Below, in pieces: positions 62,296 through 64,000 of a DNA stretch of 64,000 nucleotides (position 1 is the stretch's first letter; each line of letters starts with the position of its first letter). Below the pieces are notes generated by a model, which was given only the letters and a program-made list of their open reading frames with translations, did no database searches and was not told the DNA's origin. The stretch is from NCBI RefSeq assembly GCF_006345805.1, contig NC_043022.1, positions 2,046,001 through 2,110,000 on the forward strand. The letters run 5' to 3'. A program made the position numbers and the translations under genes. Source of the DNA: Octopus sinensis. Lineage: Eukaryota.

Positions 62296-62810
62296 AGATA
62301 GATAGATATGATATGTAGATTTGATATGTAGATACTGACGGTACCAGGGCGTGTATAAGTCTTGAAAAAATTACAAAAATCGATTCCAGGTGAGAATCGG
62401 TAAAGCCATTTTTGTCCTGCTTTTCTTCCGTCAACCTGTACATAACTGCACCTTCCATTTTTTGTTGTTTTTGTACTGTTTAAAGGCACATTTCTTTCCT
62501 GCCAAGCTTATTGTTTCAACCATGTTTGTGTTCTCCCAGTCTACAGCCTTATCATTACTGGTACTTTAAACTCTTCGGTTGCATATTTGTGTGAATAAAA
62601 TCGTTTTCCTTTGGAATAGAAAAGAAGTCTATCTTTATTTCTTCTTTTGCTGGTGTCTCAAATTTAGGTTAAATCAGTGCTTCTCAAAGGGGAGGCCTAT
62701 GGGACGGTCGGACAAGTTGTTTTGAGAAAATTTGGTTTAAATGTTTGACAACTCAGAACCGTCCATTGGACGGGGGGGGGAGTTTTGCGCGTATATATAT
62801 ATATGTGTGG

Positions 62811-62878
<68 letters not shown>

Positions 62879-62922
62879 GTAGAGAGATAGAGAGAGATAG
62901 ATAGATAGATAGATAGATAGAT

Positions 62923-62956
<34 letters not shown>

Positions 62957-63129
62957 TTGTAGGCGCAGGCGTGGTCGTGTGGTAAGAAGCTAGCTTCTCA
63001 ATCACAGGCTTTGAAGAGCAATCCCACTGCGTGGAAACTTGGGCAATTATCTTCTACTATAGCCCCGACACGACCGCAGGCTTTTCATTTGATTTCGTAA
63101 ACGGAAACTGAAAGAAGCATGTCGTGTAT

Positions 63130-63368
63130 ATCTCCCCTTTTTCCTAGCTCTCCTGTGTGAGCCCTCTGTCCGGCATTCGCCATGATAGATCGCTTGCCAC
63201 TACACATTCTTTATTTTCTCTCCTTGTTTCTTTCTGCGTTCCTTTCTGTGGAAGAGCGTAGGTTCGAAACGTTAAAGACTTTTTCACTCCCCGAGCGTTA
63301 AACATCTGTTTGTTGTCTACACCACTTGTCTTCGTCTTTTGTTTTATTTTTGTGAATTCTCCCCCATA
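63130..63368 (+). mobile_element. Penelope-like pLTR remnant with a hammerhead-like motif
   Basis: CTTT-CTGTGGA-A-GAGC-GTAG-GTTC-GAAA-C-GTT-AAAG at 63242-63277. Confidence 0.6.
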
Positions 63369-63379
63369 TATGTGTGTGT

Positions 63380-64000
63380 GTGTGCAGAAGTGGTTGTGTG
63401 GTAAGTAGCTTGCTTACCAACCACATGGTTCCTGGTTCAGTCCTACTGCGTGGCACCTTGGGCAAGTGTCTTCTAACATGGCCTCGGATCAACTAAAGCC
63501 TTGTCAGTGGATTTGGTAGGTGGAAAGCCCGTCATATGTGTGTGTGTGTGGTGTGTGTGTGTGTTTGTTTCCCCAACATCCGATGGTGGTGTGTTTACGT
63601 CCCCGTAACTTAGCGGTTCGGCAAAAGAGAAACCGATAGAATAAGTAATCGGCTTACAAAGAATAAGTCCGGGGTCGATTTGCTCGACTAAAGGTGGTGC
63701 TCCAGCATGGCCGCAGTCAAATGACTGAAACAAGTAAAAGAAGAATATATATATAATATATTACTCTTTTACTCTCTTTTATTTGTTTCGTCTTTGACTG
63801 CGGCCATGCTGAGCACCGCCTTTAGTCGAGCAAATCGACCCCGGGACTTTTCTTTTTGAGCCCATACTTATTCTATCGGTCTCTTTTGGCGAACCGCTAT
63901 AACGGGGGCGTAAACACACCAGCATCGGTTGTCAAGCAATGCTAGGGGGACAAACACAGACACACACACACACACTCATATATATATACATATATACGAC
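63380..64000. mobile_element. Two SINE A copies tail-to-tail (+ 63380-63742, - 63765-64000)
   Basis: Similarity to the family sequence. Confidence 0.9.

Overview
Repeat-saturated animal genomic DNA, most likely Octopus or a related coleoid cephalopod. This is an inference from the SINE families and the extreme microsatellite load, and it was not checked against a database. I recognise no intact host protein-coding exon, rRNA, true tRNA or CRISPR array. Nearly all long ORFs in the supplied track are translations of microsatellites. The window contains a decayed RTE-clade LINE (1-3375) with a PHD-type C4HC3 finger inside its RT domain, further RTE, BovB-like and CR1 fragments, and dozens of copies of four tRNA-derived SINE families (my labels A-D). 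It also holds four mariner fragments and one maT/DD37D fragment, several MITEs, six copies of one non-autonomous Helitron family, Penelope-like pLTR remnants, minisatellites, and a 100-N scaffold gap (27658-27757). The best lead is a set of about eight minimal type-I hammerhead-ribozyme-like motifs in several repeat families. One family has a fully paired fold with the core C3:G8 pair swapped to G3:C8 (GUGAACA; 17708-17758 and 39290-39338), another has U at core position 6, and one sits behind a tRNA-like Pol III promoter. Secondary leads are locally templated non-retrotransposed insertions, motif-rich unique islands that may be enhancers, and minisatellites carrying transcription-factor motifs. 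All structures were read by eye; activity and novelty are untested, and coordinates of decayed repeats are approximate.
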